The notes: generated from the sequence alone by a model not told the origin. Shown: positions 12,785 to 27,986, counted from the first letter of the stretch. The stretch is 64,000 bases of DNA from Eledone cirrhosa (GCA_964016885.1 OZ024740.1:278628001-278692000), one strand, 5' to 3'. Numbers and translations are program-made.

Positions 12785-15226
12785 TTAATTAGGTTTATAA
12801 TATTTAAATGTTTTTTTTAGTTTATGATTACACGATATAATTAATTCCTGTCGTTTATTTAATAGGATATCCTTAGATTTCATTATTTCAAATAGTTCTT
12901 GGGAACATAATCTACATTCATTTCTATTATTTTGATAAGGGGTGGCTCTTTTGAGCACACTCCAGGTCAAATCATATTCTATATTCTTATTTTTATAACT
13001 ATTGATTTTTTCTGCTAGAGATGTTGTATTAGCCAGTGCGGCATTTTTAAAACTATGCTTGTGGGTATTAAACCTTGTCTTAAAATTGTTAGAGGTAGCT
13101 CCTATATATGAGCAAATAGAATCTTTAGTTTTAACATTACATTTATAGACTATGTTGTTAACAAGACAATTCCCTTTTAATGGGCAGTTTGCTTTGTTTC
13201 TACAGTTACAACCTTTCGTTAATTCTGTATTTGAGGAGATATTATGGTTAATTTGATGTACTGGTGGTATACTTATGGTTTTCTTACATTTATATGCATT
13301 ATAGGCACTTATATTTTGTTTTATGTTATTTGTTGTAGAGTATGAGAATTTAACTGTAGATCTATTTAAGATTTGATGGTATTTGTGGTTTGGCGGGAAG
13401 TTTTTCTCTAGGATATAAAAAAATTTTTTAGCAATATTATCCTTAATTTGTAAATTAAATGGAGCATTATACCAAGTAACCCGTCTATTACGGTTTCTAT
13501 GTTGTTTATTATTTTTATTATTTTTATAGGTTGTATCGTGATTTTTACTAGGAGGATTAATGTTAATGATCTCACCACAACCATTTTTAGTTATATTTGT
13601 AGATTTAGGTGTTTTATCCTTTTTATTAGGAGTTTTATTATTAATATTTATTAGAGTTGTATGATATATAGTTTTTTGAGAGTTACTATACTTTATATTA
13701 GAAGATTTGGTATTTTGGGGTATAGTGTGGGTGGCATTTAGGTGTGTACTTTTCATTTGGTGTTTGTTGGTAATATTAGGTTGTATGCTTTCAGTATTTT
13801 TAGTAGAAGGTATATATTCTAATCTATTTTTGTGGCCACTTCTATCTAGAGCTTCGTTATAGAAGGTCGCATTTTTATCAAATACATCTTGGTTAGAAGA
13901 AAGGTTAGAAATTCTAAGTGATATATTATATGCAAGGTTTTTAAGGATAGATTTAGGGTGATTAGATTGTGAGTGTATGTAATGTAAGTTTTGGTTTGGT
14001 TTATGGTAAGGTTGGTAGATACCCGTAGCTAAATCTAAAGTTATATCTAGGAAATTTACTACTTTACTTGTTTTTTCAAAAGTAATATTAAGATTATAAT
14101 AGTCTTTAAGGAAAGTTCTAATATGTTTTTTGTTTTTTTCAATTTCTGAAAGGCTAAGGTTGTTAGAAAGAAGAAGACAGTCATCACGATATAAACCACC
14201 TTTGAGGTGGGGAAAGGAGGCATTTATGTTGAAAAGGAGAAAGAGGCCCACAAGATCAGTAATTTGGGCGGAATCGCTTGAACCCATAGTAATATCAAAA
14301 AGATTACTATATGTGTTTCTGGTCCAGTATTCATTCTGAAATTCAATAAGTGTTAGTCTAGCATGTGTAATAATATTAATGTCATCCAAAGTTAAGTTAG
14401 ATCTATTTTTAGCAAATATCAATGCTTTGTTCAGGAGTATAGGTGATATAGAAGAATAGTAATTATCTATATCAAATTGTAGAAATGAAGCAGAAGATTT
14501 ACATCTAATATTTTTAAACCAGTTAATTACCTGGGAGGTGTTTTCCCAGAGTGGTAAAATAACGTGTTTTCTTATTTGTGGGATGACTCTATCCAAAATT
14601 TTTTTGCTAATTATTCCAATATCTGATTTGGAGGGACATATAAGTCTAATAGAAGGATTTGAGTTAAAGTTTGATTTATGATCCTTCAGGTTGAAGTGTG
14701 GTCTTTTCAATGCCAAAGGTTCAGTTCTATCTTCAATGTTTAGTTTTTTTACTATGTTGTGTGTTTTGTTGTTGATGTTGGTGAGTGACGCATTATTAGA
14801 TTTTTTATAATTTTTTCTGAGTTCTTTATATATGAACTCATTATAATGTTCAATATCCATATGATACAAGTTACCAGTTTTGTCCGAGTGGACATGGATT
14901 TTTTTAGACTTTTTTAGGTCCAATAGGGTAGAATCAAGGTCCTTTTGAAAGACGGATTTATACTTTTTAAATTTGAGGTGTTTAATTAAATTAAAAAGGT
15001 CTTTCTCGAAGTCTTCAAGTAAAAAGTTGTGTGGTGGATTCTTGTAAGTATTGAAATCATACATATATTTCCGATCTGCTTGTTTAGATTTTCTATCGAA
15101 ATGGTAGGCTCTCCATCTAACCCTTCTGATAAAATTATTAGTTTTTTGAATCATAAGGAGTAAGAAGTCATCCTTAGAAGGTATTGGTATGTTTTTTAAA
15201 GAGGTTCCTAAATATTGTTTTTCCAT
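12785..15226 (-). CDS. Penelope-like retrotransposon polyprotein (RT + Cys knuckle + GIY-YIG endonuclease), intact ORF, Neptune-like
   Basis: SLKNIPIPS N-terminus, DKTGN, FDIDNYY, MGSSDSAQ, YRDD, NFLDITL, SNHP, WYNAPF, CNCR-x4-CPL-x3-C, IVYKC..YIG..FKTRF..H, CRLC..E; first ATG at 15226 (track ORF starts at a TTG at 15247). Confidence 0.92.
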   Translation of the reverse strand: MEKQYLGTSLKNIPIPSKDDFLLLMIQKTNNFIRRVRWRAYHFDRKSKQADRKYMYDFNTYKNPPHNFLLEDFEKDLFNLIKHLKFKKYKSVFQKDLDSTLLDLKKSKKIHVHSDKTGNLYHMDIEHYNEFIYKELRKNYKKSNNASLTNINNKTHNIVKKLNIEDRTEPLALKRPHFNLKDHKSNFNSNPSIRLICPSKSDIGIISKKILDRVIPQIRKHVILPLWENTSQVINWFKNIRCKSSASFLQFDIDNYYSSISPILLNKALIFAKNRSNLTLDDINIITHARLTLIEFQNEYWTRNTYSNLFDITMGSSDSAQITDLVGLFLLFNINASFPHLKGGLYRDDCLLLSNNLSLSEIEKNKKHIRTFLKDYYNLNITFEKTSKVVNFLDITLDLATGIYQPYHKPNQNLHYIHSQSNHPKSILKNLAYNISLRISNLSSNQDVFDKNATFYNEALDRSGHKNRLEYIPSTKNTESIQPNITNKHQMKSTHLNATHTIPQNTKSSNIKYSNSQKTIYHTTLININNKTPNKKDKTPKSTNITKNGCGEIININPPSKNHDTTYKNNKNNKQHRNRNRRVTWYNAPFNLQIKDNIAKKFFYILEKNFPPNHKYHQILNRSTVKFSYSTTNNIKQNISAYNAYKCKKTISIPPVHQINHNISSNTELTKGCNCRNKANCPLKGNCLVNNIVYKCNVKTKDSICSYIGATSNNFKTRFNTHKHSFKNAALANTTSLAEKINSYKNKNIEYDLTWSVLKRATPYQNNRNECRLCSQELFEIMKSKDILLNKRQELIISCNHKLKKTFKYYKPN

Positions 15227-15642
15227 TGTGATATGGATGATGGACAATTGAAAGAGCTCAACTAAATGTATATGGGTTTATAAAATCATACATATATATG
15301 TATATACATAAATATAAAATTAATACACACATACAGTACAAAAATACGAATATTTCCGTGAAAATAGGAGCAAAATTATGTAGATAAATCTACCAAGAGT
15401 TTACGGTAGTGTCCAATCCGTATGAAGAACTTTTTTTTTTTTGTTTAATATAAGGAATTGTTTATTCATTATTTATTTAATATTTTATCTTGACTCTGTA
15501 TACCGTTTATCTTTCACCGAAAGTGATTTTTCATTACATCTCTTCTTTCCATGATATCCGGAATACATTGAGTTCTTCATACGGATTGGACACTACCGTA
15601 AACTCTTGGTAGATTTATCTACATATATATATATATATATAT

Positions 15643-15848
15643 ATAGGAACGAGTAGGACCCCGACGGCTGAGCTCAAGCCGTTTCGACGGCTAATTCTGG
15701 ACTCAATTGCGTCCAGAATTAGCCGTCGAAACGGCTTGAGCTCAGCCGTCGGGGTCCTACTCGTTCCTATTACCCACTCTACTACCCTAAGTATTGAGTA
15801 CTGTGGTGCGTTATGGTCCACTTGGTTCCTTACCACATTTCCTTCGTT
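15643..15848 (+). mobile_element. fold-back element family B (128-bp hairpin 15643-15770)
   Basis: Perfect arms; GAAACGGC-ttgagctca-GCCGTC at 15728-15750 is HHR stem III plus GUC. Confidence 0.75.
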
Positions 15849-15909
15849 ATATATATATATATATATATTCCTTTTCATTGTATATATATTATATATATAT
15901 ATATATATA

Positions 15910-16100
15910 TTGGTAAACGGAATAGAAAATGCTGACAAATTGTTCACAGTTGAAAAATAGTTTAATTAGGAATAAAAGAGTATTAGTGATTGTATGGGTT
16001 AGTATTCAGTTGTGGTTTTAAGTTTTTAAGTTTTTACCGGTTGCGCATTTCTAAATGCTTTTCAAACATAATTTTGAGATAGAGTGTCCGTGCTGTTTGC
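15910..16100 (-). mobile_element. isolated 3' terminal fragment of the PLE3 family
   Basis: Highly similar to 38011-38193; flanked by (TA)n. Confidence 0.65.
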
Positions 16101-16559
16101 TATATATATATATATATATATTCATTAGTTAAGCAAGGCCACAAACTTCACAAGGAAGACATTATTAAAAGATTGTCAACATATTTTAGTTTGATGTAAG
16201 GAATGTAGAGAATAATAATATTCCTAGCACATGCCTTTACGCTTTGGCTTCTAACTAACTCACCAATCTCTCCTCTCATATCTCCTCTACGATCTCCATC
16301 TCTCTCTTTAAGATTGGTTACTCTTGAACTGTGTATATATATATATATATATATACATACAATGAAAATGAATATGTGCATAAGGTCATAAGGTTGTGTG
16401 CATGCAGGTGAAAAGAAACTAGTGTTGATATTACTGAATCAGATAGACATGCAGTTACATTGTAAACTAAATATATTAACAATGTACATTCGTGCTAGGT
16501 GGGTAAATATATATATTACATTCAAACACGCATTCATATACATATACATGCACCTATAT

Positions 16560-16812
16560 ACATATAAATACACACATATATATATATATATATATATATT
16601 TATATGTACGTATATATATATATATATTTATATGTACGTATATATATATATGTGTATATATATATATATATTTATATGTATGTATATATATATTTATATG
16701 TATATATATATTTATATGTATGCATATATATTTATATGTATGTATATATATATATTTATATGCATGTATATATATTTATATGTATGTATATGTATATATA
16801 TTTATATGTATG

Positions 16813-16845
<33 letters not shown>

Positions 16846-16923
16846 ATATATATATATTTATATGTACGTATATATATATATATTTATATGTATGTATATA
16901 TATATATATATATATTTATATGT

Positions 16924-16963
<40 letters not shown>

Positions 16964-16964
16964 G

Positions 16965-16998
<34 letters not shown>

Positions 16999-17092
16999 TT
17001 TATATGTATACACATATATATATATATATTATATATATATATGTGTGTGTGTGTATATATATATATGTGTGTAAATTCAAGGAAACGACAAA

Positions 17093-17146
<54 letters not shown>
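16560..17146. repeat. degenerate (TA)n/TTTATATGTA microsatellite
   Basis: Seen directly. Confidence 0.95.
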
Positions 17147-17148
<2 letters not shown>

Positions 17149-17851
17149 TCAACATCGCATTTACATATTTACAAGATATGCATTTTTTTGTTTTCATCAC
17201 GTGCATATTTGATTCAATTTTATTTATTTGATAACTTTAACATATACGTGAGGCTTTTTTTAACCTGCACATCATTTTCTGTACGTGTTTTTTTTTTTTT
17301 TATTGTATGATTCTATCGTAAGAATTACATGTTTGTGTGTTTGTCGCATGTATATAAATATGCATTCTTGATATATATCATTTGCACTTTTAATAATTTA
17401 ATACGATACATGATTTTTGCATCTATTTTGTGTGGGTTTATTTCTTATACTTTGTTGCATTCCATGACGTCAGTTTGAATCCCACCTTACTTATTTTGTT
17501 TATCCCAAAGAAAATTAAAGAACAATTTTGTGCTCGGACCTGGTGTATATAAAATAGAATGATTCTAAAAGCTGTTTCTTGTACTGTTTATTTTATATTG
17601 AAAGTCCCTTATTTACTTAAATTGATGTTTGTAAAAGCATCACTTAGAATCACTTCATGAATCACTCAATTATATTACATTCATATTATATTGTTATGGA
17701 TTAGGCACGTTTGGAACTCAATACAGAATATATTTGATATTGCATTGTCTTTTTATAACATAGAAGTTCAATAGTGGAAAATATAAGGCATTTACTCCAA
17801 TGCTCTAGAGTTTTTTTTCTTCTGCCACCTTCTTGAGTAAAACTGCATCTA

Positions 17852-18019
17852 GCGCAAGTTTCCCAAATATTTTCAAACGCGGAACCATTTGGTTCAGAAA
17901 CTTTTGGGGCAATCCCAAATGTCTAATAGTGTTATATGGTCGTGATATAAATATACTCCTCTACCTTTTTTCATGGAACCCCAGACACTCCTTTGCAGAA
18001 CCCACTTTAAGAACCACTG
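17852..18019. mobile_element. degraded hAT-type MITE
   Basis: Ends resemble CAGTGGTTCCCAAAC...TTAAGAACCACTG, with ggaaccc subterminal repeats. Confidence 0.45.
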
Positions 18020-18410
18020 ATCTAGTGTATGCTTTCATTAGTTCGTTGTACTGAGTTCTTCGACTGTATACTAGTTACTGATCTAAAGTCTAAAATCTGT
18101 CTTAAGCCAGGAGGCTCATTTGGCCGGTGCTTCTGCCGTTTCATGGCGTGAAGCGACTGAGAGTACCACTAGGCCACGTGCCTCCAATCTAGGTACTGAT
18201 AGTCTCCGTTAATATGTCACTGGTAATGAAAATGAAGTGTGTCACCAAGGGAAAGTAGCTCCAGTTTAGACAGGCAGCCAGTCAGTCATAAGATAATGGC
18301 GAAGTTGATGCGTATGAAGCATGGAAGTTTACCTCATTAGTCTACAAATACTGGTTGCTTCTCTGAAATGCAAAACCTCAGGTGGATGTTACCTCATGGT
18401 CCCAGCGATC

Positions 18411-18497
18411 AGAATTGCAAGGAAAAGGATAGCCCCATAGAATTGCAAGGAAAATGATAGCCCCATAGAATTGCAAGGAAAAGGATAGCCCCATAGA
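18411..18497. repeat. 28-bp tandem repeat x3
   Basis: agaattgcaaggaaaaggatagccccat x3 with one substitution. Confidence 0.95.
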
Positions 18498-18796
18498 TAC
18501 ATTGCATAAAAACATCTCAACAATCCAATGTGATATTCGATCTCATAATTTCCATATAATAATTAATCTCTCACTTACGTTTTGTTTGTTTCCCAATGAA
18601 ATAAACTATTTCATCTTCAAGCAATTAGTCACTTTCTTTCGATTTTTGTTTCATTCATTTCTTTTTCACTCTTTAATTTCGTGAATTTCTTCATCGGCGT
18701 AAAACAATCTCGGTAGTTTCTCAAATGTTTAGCTTTCATCGGCTGATTGTGTTGTTAACATCTACATTTTCTGTGTCTGTGTCCTTTCCTACTTAC

Positions 18797-19120
18797 GGCG
18801 AATTTGTAGAGTAGTTAGAACGTTGGATAGAATGCTTTGCGGTATTCGTTTCGACTATCTGCTCTCTAAGTTCAAATAGTGCCGAGGTCAACTTTGCCTT
18901 TCATACTTTCGAGGTTGATAAAAAAAAGTACCAGTCTAGTACTGGGGTCAATTCTTCTAAATCTCTTTCTCACTTCCTCTCTTTCACTATCTATTCTTCT
19001 CTGGAAGAAATCTGCTGTATTCAGACCCCGGAGAGGGATGGGCTCCACCAGGTATTAAAATTCCCTAGAAAAATCCGTATTCCAATTTGGCGCCTCTACG
19101 ACACTTTCAGGAGTTACGGA
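18797..19120 (+). mobile_element. SINE subfamily S2 (S1-like core plus distinct tail)
   Basis: ggtcaactttgcctttcat..ttcgagg.tgataaaa core, then ctctggaagaaatctgctgtattcagacc tail; shared with 20749 and 46022. Confidence 0.7.
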
Positions 19121-19499
19121 TCCACACAGATGCATATACAATACTGTTAGTCAAGTGTGAACTGTGACAGAAACTCGGTCGACATTTTTGTCAAACAGTA
19201 TATTGGGTCGTCGAATATGACATTTGTGGGGGAAAAAACAAATTTCTACAAATTTCATACTTGATGACCCAATACATAGCCGGCATTCTATAATCTGACT
19301 GTAGCCCAGATAAATCACAATGAAGAGGACGAGGATGAATAATGTATACTGTGTAATGCCATTTTGATAGGGGATTTTGTGTCCATAAAGAAAAGGAACT
19401 CAGAAGAAATTTTCTAATAAAAAAAGTTCATCATCATTATCATTTAATGTCCGTTCTCTAACATGTCTGTCGTCCGCCACTTGATCCTAGCTGACATGG

Positions 19500-20700
19500 T
19501 GGAGAAGTAATTACCCAGGAGGACAGAGAGAGAGACGCACTGGAACAGCCACTCCACCTCGCGGGGCTCGCACCTACCGGCAGCCAACATTTCTCTGATA
19601 GCAGTGAGCAGGGATGTTGTCAAACTGGATAAAGGAGTAATACTTTCAACATGTTACGCTAAGATTACTTTTTGCTGACATCCTATGCCGAAATTCCAGA
19701 AATATATTCCATGTAAAGGAGCCAAGCTACTTCTTTGATTTATGGTAATCACATTATTACTTTGGCAACTAGACATCAATACGGAGATCCATCAGTGACG
19801 ATAATATCAGTAGATCAGACACTACACTGTCTACTGATTGTTTGACTAAAGACATTCCAACATTAGCCAACAAAGGTTTCGAAGGAAATCCACGCACATC
19901 TGAGGTGGTCATCGTGTCAATCACAACGAAGGATGAATCCATAAGTCACCTTGGTAAATTACTGCCTGATATCTACATAACAGCTGAGGAGGACCTTGAA
20001 ATTCTTGAGTCTCCCATTCCAGTGAGTAACATAAGTAATTTTCTTTCTCACAAAAGATAGAAATCACACAAGTGACTGAGTGGCCGAAACAAGACGTCAT
20101 GCTGAAGAGTCGCTTTGCAATGTCCAAACTGATGTACTTTCTCTACACAATTGCGGCGTGCTGAGAGGTCAATCACTCCACCGTCAAAAAATGGCTAATG
20201 AGGTAGGTGCTAACAGACATATACAATATTATTTCAGCGACACAAGTTGATTATATACCACCCTACAAATAAATGAAAAAAAGATCAGAAATTTCCAATA
20301 TCACAAGATCCTCTTCATTCGTAGACCGTATACTGCTTGTTTTGGGGTTCAAAAATAACTCGATAATGTGTCGAAGCTACAAAGGCGTCGAAAAAGAAGC
20401 AACGATATTGGAATAAGACATGCGAAGAGGTTACTTGCAGATGTACAAAACTAACGATATTGCACAGTTAGTCATTGCCTCCTAGTGTTTTAAATTGATA
20501 TCAACCTGGACAACGGTACTTTCCAAGGTGGTGTAGTTTGATACTTGAAATTTAGCGTGTGCTAAATGAAAGGTGTATATCATACTCTGTTGGCCGGATA
20601 GATTGCCTGCTGTCCGTACGTTTCGATCGCTCGCTAGTCTATGATATGACAGTCACAGACATTTTTGCTTACAACAATACATCGGAAACTGCGACAAGCT
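19500..20700. mobile_element. highly degraded, rearranged CRE-like retrotransposon remnants
   Basis: 19518-19612 (-) matches 44970-45090; 20590-20670 (+) resembles the PD..YD.TV.D RLE motif; the middle part is only weakly RT-like. Confidence 0.4.
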
Positions 20701-20748
20701 TCGCAAATGGGTGTGGTTATTGGGTACATATCTTTTTAAACAATCTAC

Positions 20749-21065
20749 AGGTAGCGAATTGGCAGAGTCGTCAGAAGGTCGGATAGAATACTTTATGGTA
20801 TTCGTTCCGGCTCTCTGCTGTGTGAGTTCAAACCTCGCCGAAGGTCAACTTTGCCTTTCATCCTTTCGAGGTCGATAAAAAAAAAAGTTCCAGTCTAGTA
20901 CTGGGGTGTATCCTTCCTCTATATCTCTTTCTCACTATCTTTCTCTGGAAAAAAATTTGCTGTACTCAGGCCTGGAGAGGGATGAGTTCCGCCAAGCTTA
21001 AAATACCCCCCAAAACGCCGTATGTCAATACGGCGCCCCTACGACTCTGTCATGAGTTACGGGAC
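20749..21065 (+). mobile_element. SINE subfamily S2
   Basis: ggtagcgaattggcagagtcgtcagaaggtcgga head, gagttcaaac B box, core and S2 tail. Confidence 0.75.
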
Positions 21066-21349
21066 CATACATAATAGAAATAACTCGTGTCGCCTGTAAA
21101 TCGACGAGGGTTTTCTCAGCGCCATTAAGGTTAGGATCATTGCAGCAACAAGTAACGGATCATGGCGATGACAAGGAATTGGTGTGTCAATTGTCCGAGA
21201 TAATACTGTAGGTGTCAGTTCCTGGTTTAAATATCTATTACGTCACCTTTTATTGTATATATGTAAATGTTTCTTTGTTTGTTTGTCTGTTTTTGTTGTT
21301 TTTCTTGATATGGAAACAGCTTGATACTTAACAACTAACCAAAAGAGTG

Positions 21350-21520
21350 CCAGCGTCAGACACCATGCTTTGCAGCATAGAGTTATGGCCCTTTAAGTTC
21401 TGAGTTCAAATCCCGCCGATGTGAACTTTGCCTTTTATTCTTGCGGGGTGATACAAAATAAAGCACCAGTAATGCACTGGGGTAATTGCTGGTCTTGTGC
21501 CAAAAGTAGAAACAATTATT
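21350..21520 (+). mobile_element. S1 SINE
   Basis: Same motif as other S1 copies. Confidence 0.7.
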
Positions 21521-21918
21521 ACCGTAATTATACAACTTGCAATATACTACTCAAATGTCGTCATTAAAATGTGTTTTTTTTTTCTTTGGGTCATTAGTAG
21601 GATGTTAAAGGTGTCACAAGATTGTGTGAGAAAAATGTTGAATGCTATAGTATTTTCGTATATATGAATGTATGCGTATGCATGTGTAACTGTATTCATG
21701 TACGTATATATATATATATATATATATATCAAGTAAGCAGAGTGGTCTGGATAACCAAAGATGTGGGTTCGACTCCCATGTACGTCAATACTCATCTTTT
21801 TCCATTTCTCCGAGGGTTCTTAACCCCACTATCAGGCTAAATAATTTATTTAATTTCTTTAGTCAAAATACGTCGATAGCTTACATTTATAATAATATAT
21901 ATATATATATATATATAT

Positions 21919-22726
21919 CGAAACATCTATGATCTGCAGTTAATAGCTGATGAAGAGGTTCTTCTCTTGCTGTTTTAAGCGCCGAAACATCTATGATCTG
22001 CAGTTAACAGTTGATGAAGGGGTTCTTCTCTTGTTTCGTCCATATTACCATCTTAAACTTTGTTTACAGTAACCACACAGCCCGCTTCGTTTCTTGTAAT
22101 TTTGTATTTACTGCTGGGAGCCCCCTCTACCTGTTTTTGCTTGATTTGTTGTCCCACCAGGGTTTCATATCAGCTCTCTTCTTCTCTCTCTTCCTTTTCT
22201 CTCTCTCTCTCTCTTTCTTTCTCTATCTTTCTTTCTCTCTCTCTCTCTATCTATCCATCTGCTCGTTTTCGACCTGGTCTCACACATGTCAACCCGCTTG
22301 GATTATCTCCCTTTCCCTTCTCCCTCTCACTTCCGGTTTCTCCATCTAGCTCTCTCTCTATATCTACACTCACTTTGCTGAAATCGCTCGGAAAAACCTC
22401 GCTCCACAGTCATATTAACCCTAGGACTTACATCTAATTGGTTCCATGTAGCTTTCTCTATTTTCTCCTCGGTTACTCACTTGCATGTGCCATTGTCCCA
22501 TCCCCCCCCCCTCCTTTCGGTTAGCTTACTTCGTTTTCCTCTTTCTTCTTCTCTCTTCACTATCTTATCTTTTCTTCCTATCAGGGCCTTTTGATTGATA
22601 AAAGGCCTTGGGCGCGCTGCTGATTGATTTCGATGCCCTGTTTTAAGCGCCGAAACACCTGATCTGCAGTTAACAGCTGATGAAGGAGATCTTCTCTTGT
22701 TTCGTCCATAATACCATCTTAAACTA
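21919..22726 (+). repeat. direct-repeat-bounded element (about 90-bp repeats containing GAAAC and CTGATGA motifs; pyrimidine-rich spacer)
   Basis: 21970-22058 is similar to 22638-22726, with an extra partial copy at 21919-21969; flanked by (TA)n. Confidence 0.65.
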
Positions 22727-22924
22727 TATAGATATATATATATACATTAAGAAATATACTGATGTTACATAAATCGTTTATTCATAGTAATTATTTCAAC
22801 GGTACTCCCATGCAATCAAGATGTAATTCATGCATTTGTTGTTGTTATGAGAACGGTATCCTCAGATGAAATTCGATTTTGTGATATGCTGCTGACAGAA
22901 AAAAAACGTCCTTCTGCTTAGTTC

Positions 22925-23058
22925 AGATCTAGCTGTCGAAACGGCCGGAGCTAAGCCATCGGGGTCCTGAATCTTTTCATATTACCCACGCTACTACCTC
23001 AAGTATTGAGTACTCTGCTGGGTTATGGTCCACCTGGTATTTTACCACACCCTATCTG
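22925..23058 (+). mobile_element. family B element, single arm
   Basis: gatctagctgtcgaaacggccggagctaagccatcggggtcc...ttaccacaccc. Confidence 0.65.
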
Positions 23059-23100
23059 ATATATATATATTATGTATTAAGTAGAGAGATTGAAAAATAG

Positions 23101-23131
<31 letters not shown>

Positions 23132-23153
23132 CACCCAAACATGTATAGATATA

Positions 23154-23240
<87 letters not shown>

Positions 23241-23322
23241 GTTATTCCGGGTTGAATCGGAGGTAACCACAGTAAGTAAGGTACTCAATACATAGCAGAG
23301 TATAAAAGTTTTAATATAGATG

Positions 23323-23373
23323 AGATTCTACAGGACTAGAACTGTTTCATTCATTAGAAATCATCAGGAATCT
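23323..23373 (-). ncRNA. type I hammerhead ribozyme, family A
   Basis: agattc-CTGATGA-t.ttc.taat.gaa.t-GAAACAG-ttctagtc-CTGTA-gaatct: 6-bp stem I, 4-bp stem III, GUA site. Confidence 0.75.
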
Positions 23374-23849
23374 GGGTATCAAAAATAAATATGGTATTTA
23401 TAGGTCTCTACAAGTGGTAGGAGAGGGTGGGGAGTGGGATGGGTGCAGGTCATTGGTTGATAGAAAAGGGAATTCATTAAAAGCTAATTCTACAAAGCTA
23501 TAGTTTATTTTTATTTTTATTTATTTATGTTTTTAGAGTAACAAGGGCAGACAGAATTCTATAAACAGGTTCCGGATGGCATACCATTCCTTGTCATTAA
23601 GTTTCTCTTAAGCTAACAGATGTCTATAAAATCAGTGGGGGGTCAGTCATGGTCGATAGAATTAAAGAAAAGGGAGATTCTTTAAAAGCTAAAATCATTA
23701 AGGTTCTACTAAGTGACAAAGGTCTAGAGAATTCTGCAGACAGATTCAAAATACTGAGTGCATATCTTACTATTATCTTCGAACTTCTCTTAAACTAATC
23801 AACTATATGCCAAAAATCAACAGACACATTCACAAAAAAACAAAAAAAC

Positions 23850-26870
<3,021 letters not shown>

Positions 26871-27015
26871 CGCAGGCACATAAAGACACCTCTACAGGCA
26901 GAAAATGTAGATACGAAAGAGGTACTCACATAACCATAGTGGCCGTATTTCAGGTTGAGGAGGGGTGGGGGTAGGGTGGGGAGGAGGTATAGGGGCCAAT
27001 AGGGGGAGGTCGTTT

Positions 27016-27986
27016 TTAGCCATCGGGCTTTAACACTGGCTTAAAGTGTTTGAAAGTTGCAAAGTTCTTGTGCATGCAGTTCGGGCAGTGTTCAGAGAGT
27101 TTGTTCAGTAGCGGGCCCTTGGCGAATAAAATTTCGTAGCTCTCTGAAATACAAAGGTCGCATCCCTTGTGTCCTCCGTTGTAAGAGCGCGCTTTCTGGA
27201 GTATTTTCCAATTAAGCGTGAAGGGGGGTGGAGTTCCTTTTGAGGTCCCAAACGTAGGAGGCGAGTGTTGTCTGATTTGATTTATCCGGTCTTCTGAAGG
27301 AGTGGGTATGGGCATACCAACGGGTCTTAAAGTTGTTGGAGGTCATGCCGATGTAAGTTTTTTTGCAATCCTCGGTGCCTGAGATGACATCGCATTTGTA
27401 TACGATGTCATTTGTGAGGCATTTGTTTTCAAGTGGGCATGCTTCCTTATTTAGGCAATTACATAGAGCCCCAGTCCGGGGATTGGTTTCGGAGGTGGTT
27501 GGCTTATTTAGTTTAGAGTTGTGGTTGGCTATATTCCTAGCTAGGTTAGGTGTGGTGGAGTAAGACAGTCTTATAGTGTTCTTATTAAAGATGGTGTAGT
27601 ACCTATGTTGTATGGGGAAGTGTAATTTCAGTAAAGTGAAGAAAATCCTAGCTATCGGAGTAGATACCTCTCTATTGAAGGGAGGGTTGTACCAGCTAAT
27701 CTGCCTATGTCTATTCCTCCTCTGCAATCTTGCGGTGGTTTCTAGGTAAGTTATCTTATCTTTAAATCCGCTACGGGCTAGGGCGTCATTGTAGTAGGAG
27801 GCAGATGCATTAAAAATATCTTTGTTGGCGGAGAGGCCAGATATTCTAATAGAGACGCTTTTTACTAGGTTATCAGTGATGTTTTGGGGGTGGTTTGAAT
27901 TAACATTAATATATTTAAGGGACTCGTTAGGTTTGTGGTACGGGTAATAGAGGGAAGTATCTAGGTCGAGAGTGACATCTAAAAAC
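27016..27986 (-). pseudogene. PLE2 RT thumb + GIY-YIG endonuclease, 5'-truncated, one frameshift near 27315
   Basis: FLDVTLDL, SNHP, WYNPPF, CNC..CPL..CL, IVYKC, YIGMT..FKTRW; C-terminus (LNWKIL..CDLC..E..LLN) continues in another frame. Confidence 0.88.

Larger units (their letters stand above)
8789..15624 (-). mobile_element. near full-length Penelope-like element PLE1 with 5' inversion and about 4-kb 3' region
   Basis: Contains the RT/GIY-YIG ORF; 15427-15486 is an inverted copy of the 3' terminus 8789-8843; perfect 54-bp IR 15378-15431/15571-15624; (TA)n on both sides. Confidence 0.75.

Noticed and set aside
8530-15848. Family B copies as LTRs or a target-site duplication of PLE1
   Set aside because: The copies differ at many positions, are separated from PLE1 by (TA)n, and occur elsewhere without PLE1; PLE1's own terminus is a different sequence
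18411-18497. 28-bp repeats as a CRISPR-like array
   Set aside because: Contiguous tandem units with no spacers; eukaryotic context
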